DNA from: Marsupella aquatica
Lineage: Eukaryota > Plantae > Marchantiophyta
Length of the DNA stretch: 64,000 nucleotides
Assembly: GCA_973895155.1 (NCBI GenBank)
Contig: OZ316898.1
Coordinates: 7,923,079 to 7,987,078 of the forward strand
Direction of reading: 5' to 3'
Shown: one piece after another, positions 61,903 through 64,000 of the stretch
Layout of the letters: the number at the start of each line of letters is the position of its first letter
Numbering within the stretch: the first letter of the stretch is position 1
Translations under genes and position numbers: made by a program
The notes under the pieces: model-generated
Told to the model about the DNA's origin: nothing
Databases searched by the model: none
Seen by the model: only the letters and a program-made list of their open reading frames with translations

Positions 61903-64000
61903 ATGCACGAAGGATGCACAGCAGCAGTGATGGGATCATCGGTGCATCCAAACACAGGGTTGTTCGGCGGGGGAGGATTTATTAGCGACTCTTACTACCG
62001 TCACCAAAACTATCATCATGAGGAAAACCTCCAGCAGCTGCATTATCTGGACCAACAAATGCTGGGACACAAAATGTTTTACCCACATTCTCCCTTTCCT
62101 CCTCTGGCTCTTCCGCCATCACCACCCCCCTCCTCCTCAGAGACGAGTACCTGCAGCATAATTCATCAAACCGTTCGAGACAAAGCGATAGCGAACGACT
62201 ACCTGAAGCGGGAGCTCAATAGTAGCAGCAGCGGCGGCCTGGAAGCGATAGCAGCTGTAGCTCCTCACGAAGTCCTAGACGGAAGAGGAGATGCACAGCT
62301 GTTAGGAGCAGCTTCTCCCCAGATTTTAGACCATCGCAGTAGTGTTGTTGATGCTTTCCACGAGACCGGTGAATTGGGATGCGTGGTACTCGGGGCAAGG
62401 AGACACTTATCTTGGGGAGTTGTTCACGATGAGGAGCAGCAGCAGCAGCAGCAGCAGCATCGAGGCTTTCACAACCAGACCAGTGACAATGCTGGTCTTG
62501 CGAATGTCATTCCTCCCCCGCCCTTTACTCCCATTCATGATGTCCTGTCTCCTCCGTGTTCACCAATGGCTAGTCCTGCAATGCCGCCCTCTCCAGACTG
62601 CAAAGTGCCAGAGCCACGGTCGGTGCTGGACTTGGCTACGAGCCCTCGCCCCAGCATACGTCATTCTGCTGCTGCCATTCATCCCTGCTATGACTTTGGG
62701 GTCAGCTCGCTGGGAGGAGGAGGAGAAGGTGGTGCTGGTGGTTTGCCCAGTCCCGCCCTTCTAAATGCCGCGGATGATGATTTCCTCGCTGAATTCCAAC
62801 GACGGGACTCTTCTTCAGCAGCGCAGCTGTTGGGCCTTGACGAAGACGATGAAGACTCGTCACAACGGGATCCTCCCGCAAAATCCACCATTGACTGGCT
62901 TCAGGAAACGAGCCAATTGTGGATGGATTCGCTCATGGACGACCTCACAGAAACTCCAGTCCATTCTTCTTCTCTTCCTCGACTTGACGAGGAGGAGGAC
63001 TTCGGAGATGAAGCTCGTACTGACACTCCATCGTCTTCGACTCCTTGCCCTTCTGAATTATGTCATACGAGTCCCAGTTTCGATCAAGAGCAGAGCGAGT
63101 ACCAAGGTGACGACGACGACGACGAAGAAGAAGAAGAAGTGGAGGAAATCTCCTTCAGGAAACGAGGGGGAGGAAGAGGAAGAGGAACAACTGACTTTTG
63201 TTCTGCAGCAACAGCAGCAGCAGAGAAGGATTCGTCGACCACCTTGAGAGAGTCCAATCGGAATGGCGTCCCCAACCGTGAATCGGAACACAAACTAGTG
63301 AACTTGCTGCTGGGCTGCGCGGAGGCAGTGTCCACCGGGAGTTTGAGTCTGATAAATCCACTCTTCGCTCAGCTCGGCGAGCTGGCGTCTCCGGAGGGAA
63401 CCTCCATGCAAAGGATAGCCGCCTATTTCACGGAAGCTCTAGCAATCCGATGCATACGTCTCTGGCCACAAATCTACCAACCTCTGCCGCACAATCTCGA
63501 GCTCTCCGAGGAAGACTGCGTCTCAGCTTTCCACGTTCTCAACCACGTCAGTCCTTACATAAAATTCGCTCATTTCACAGCCAACGACATCATTCTGCAG
63601 GCGTTCGAAGGATGTGACCGTGTGCATGTGATCGACTTCGATATCAAGCAGGGGCTCCAGTGGCCAGCATTGTTTCAGAGTCTAGCTGCTCGCCCGGGTG
63701 GGCCTCCGTCTCACGTTCGAGTCACGGGGGTTGGAGAGTACAAGGAGGACGTCCAGGACACCGGTGATCGGCTGGCAGAGTTCGCAGAAGCTCTGAATCT
63801 CGCATTTGAGTTCCATGCCGTAATTGACAAGCTAGAGGACGTAAGGCTGTGGATGCTCCATGTGAAGGAGAAGGAGACAGTAGCAGTGAACTGCATGCTC
63901 CAGCTTCATCGAGCTCTGCAGGACTCGGAGAACGGAATTAGGGAGTTGCTTGGTTTGATCACGAGTACCAAGCCCAAGGTCGTTGCAGTGGTGGAGCAAG
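61903..64000 (+). CDS. GRAS transcription factor, SCL28/DLT-like subfamily. Single open frame truncated by the window end (missing from the supplied ORF track)
   Basis: The frame from ATG 61903 (in-frame stop at 61882) encodes a long low-complexity N-terminus with EPRSVLDLATSP, then LLLGCAEAV, RIAAYFTEALAIR, FAHFTAND, VHVIDFDIKQGLQWPALFQSLA and LEDVRLWMLHVKEKETVAVNC, which is typical of SCL28/DLT. Confidence 0.9.
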   Translation, partial: MHEGCTAAVMGSSVHPNTGLFGGGGFISDSYYRHQNYHHEENLQQLHYLDQQMLGHKMFYPHSPFPPLALPPSPPPSSSETSTCSIIHQTVRDKAIANDYLKRELNSSSSGGLEAIAAVAPHEVLDGRGDAQLLGAASPQILDHRSSVVDAFHETGELGCVVLGARRHLSWGVVHDEEQQQQQQQHRGFHNQTSDNAGLANVIPPPPFTPIHDVLSPPCSPMASPAMPPSPDCKVPEPRSVLDLATSPRPSIRHSAAAIHPCYDFGVSSLGGGGEGGAGGLPSPALLNAADDDFLAEFQRRDSSSAAQLLGLDEDDEDSSQRDPPAKSTIDWLQETSQLWMDSLMDDLTETPVHSSSLPRLDEEEDFGDEARTDTPSSSTPCPSELCHTSPSFDQEQSEYQGDDDDDEEEEEVEEISFRKRGGGRGRGTTDFCSAATAAAEKDSSTTLRESNRNGVPNRESEHKLVNLLLGCAEAVSTGSLSLINPLFAQLGELASPEGTSMQRIAAYFTEALAIRCIRLWPQIYQPLPHNLELSEEDCVSAFHVLNHVSPYIKFAHFTANDIILQAFEGCDRVHVIDFDIKQGLQWPALFQSLAARPGGPPSHVRVTGVGEYKEDVQDTGDRLAEFAEALNLAFEFHAVIDKLEDVRLWMLHVKEKETVAVNCMLQLHRALQDSENGIRELLGLITSTKPKVVAVVEQ

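Noticed and set aside
62342-63361. Listed ORFs on both strands in the last 2 kb
   Set aside because: Alternative frames of the GRAS CDS, whose true frame runs off the window.
63300-63420. miR171 target site / HAM-type identity for the GRAS gene
   Set aside because: No GATATTGGCGCGGCTCAATCA-like site seen; motifs fit SCL28/DLT.

Overview
Land-plant nuclear genomic DNA with spliceosomal introns; probably a non-seed plant such as a bryophyte (inference only). Genes in order: 5' part of an alpha/beta-fold epoxide hydrolase (-); two 5-exon short-chain dehydrogenase/reductase (SDR) paralogues forming a ~3.8 kb inverted segmental duplication around an intronless BNR/Asp-box (sialidase-fold) gene; tRNA-Arg(UCU); a 2-RRM hnRNP-like gene; an intronless-CDS cytosolic HSP90 with a tandem array of HSE-like motifs in its promoter; a 19-exon presequence protease (PreP) with a GC-AG intron and a long multi-ATG N-terminal extension; a decayed transposon region (Ty1/copia pol, TIR element, possible LINE remnant, solo LTR inside a telo-box-rich ~173 bp satellite); an intronless threonyl-tRNA synthetase; a 9-exon Rubisco-LSMT-like SET-domain methyltransferase; and the 5' part of an SCL28/DLT-like GRAS factor. 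Three small insertions have intact structural signatures: a hAT MITE (8-bp TSD), a solo LTR (5-bp TSD) and a Helitron-like element. The best candidate for a new system is the epoxide hydrolase / SDR-A / BNR propeller / SDR-B cluster, where the two SDRs differ selectively in the substrate loop, cofactor motif and promoter elements. All exon coordinates and counts were read by eye.
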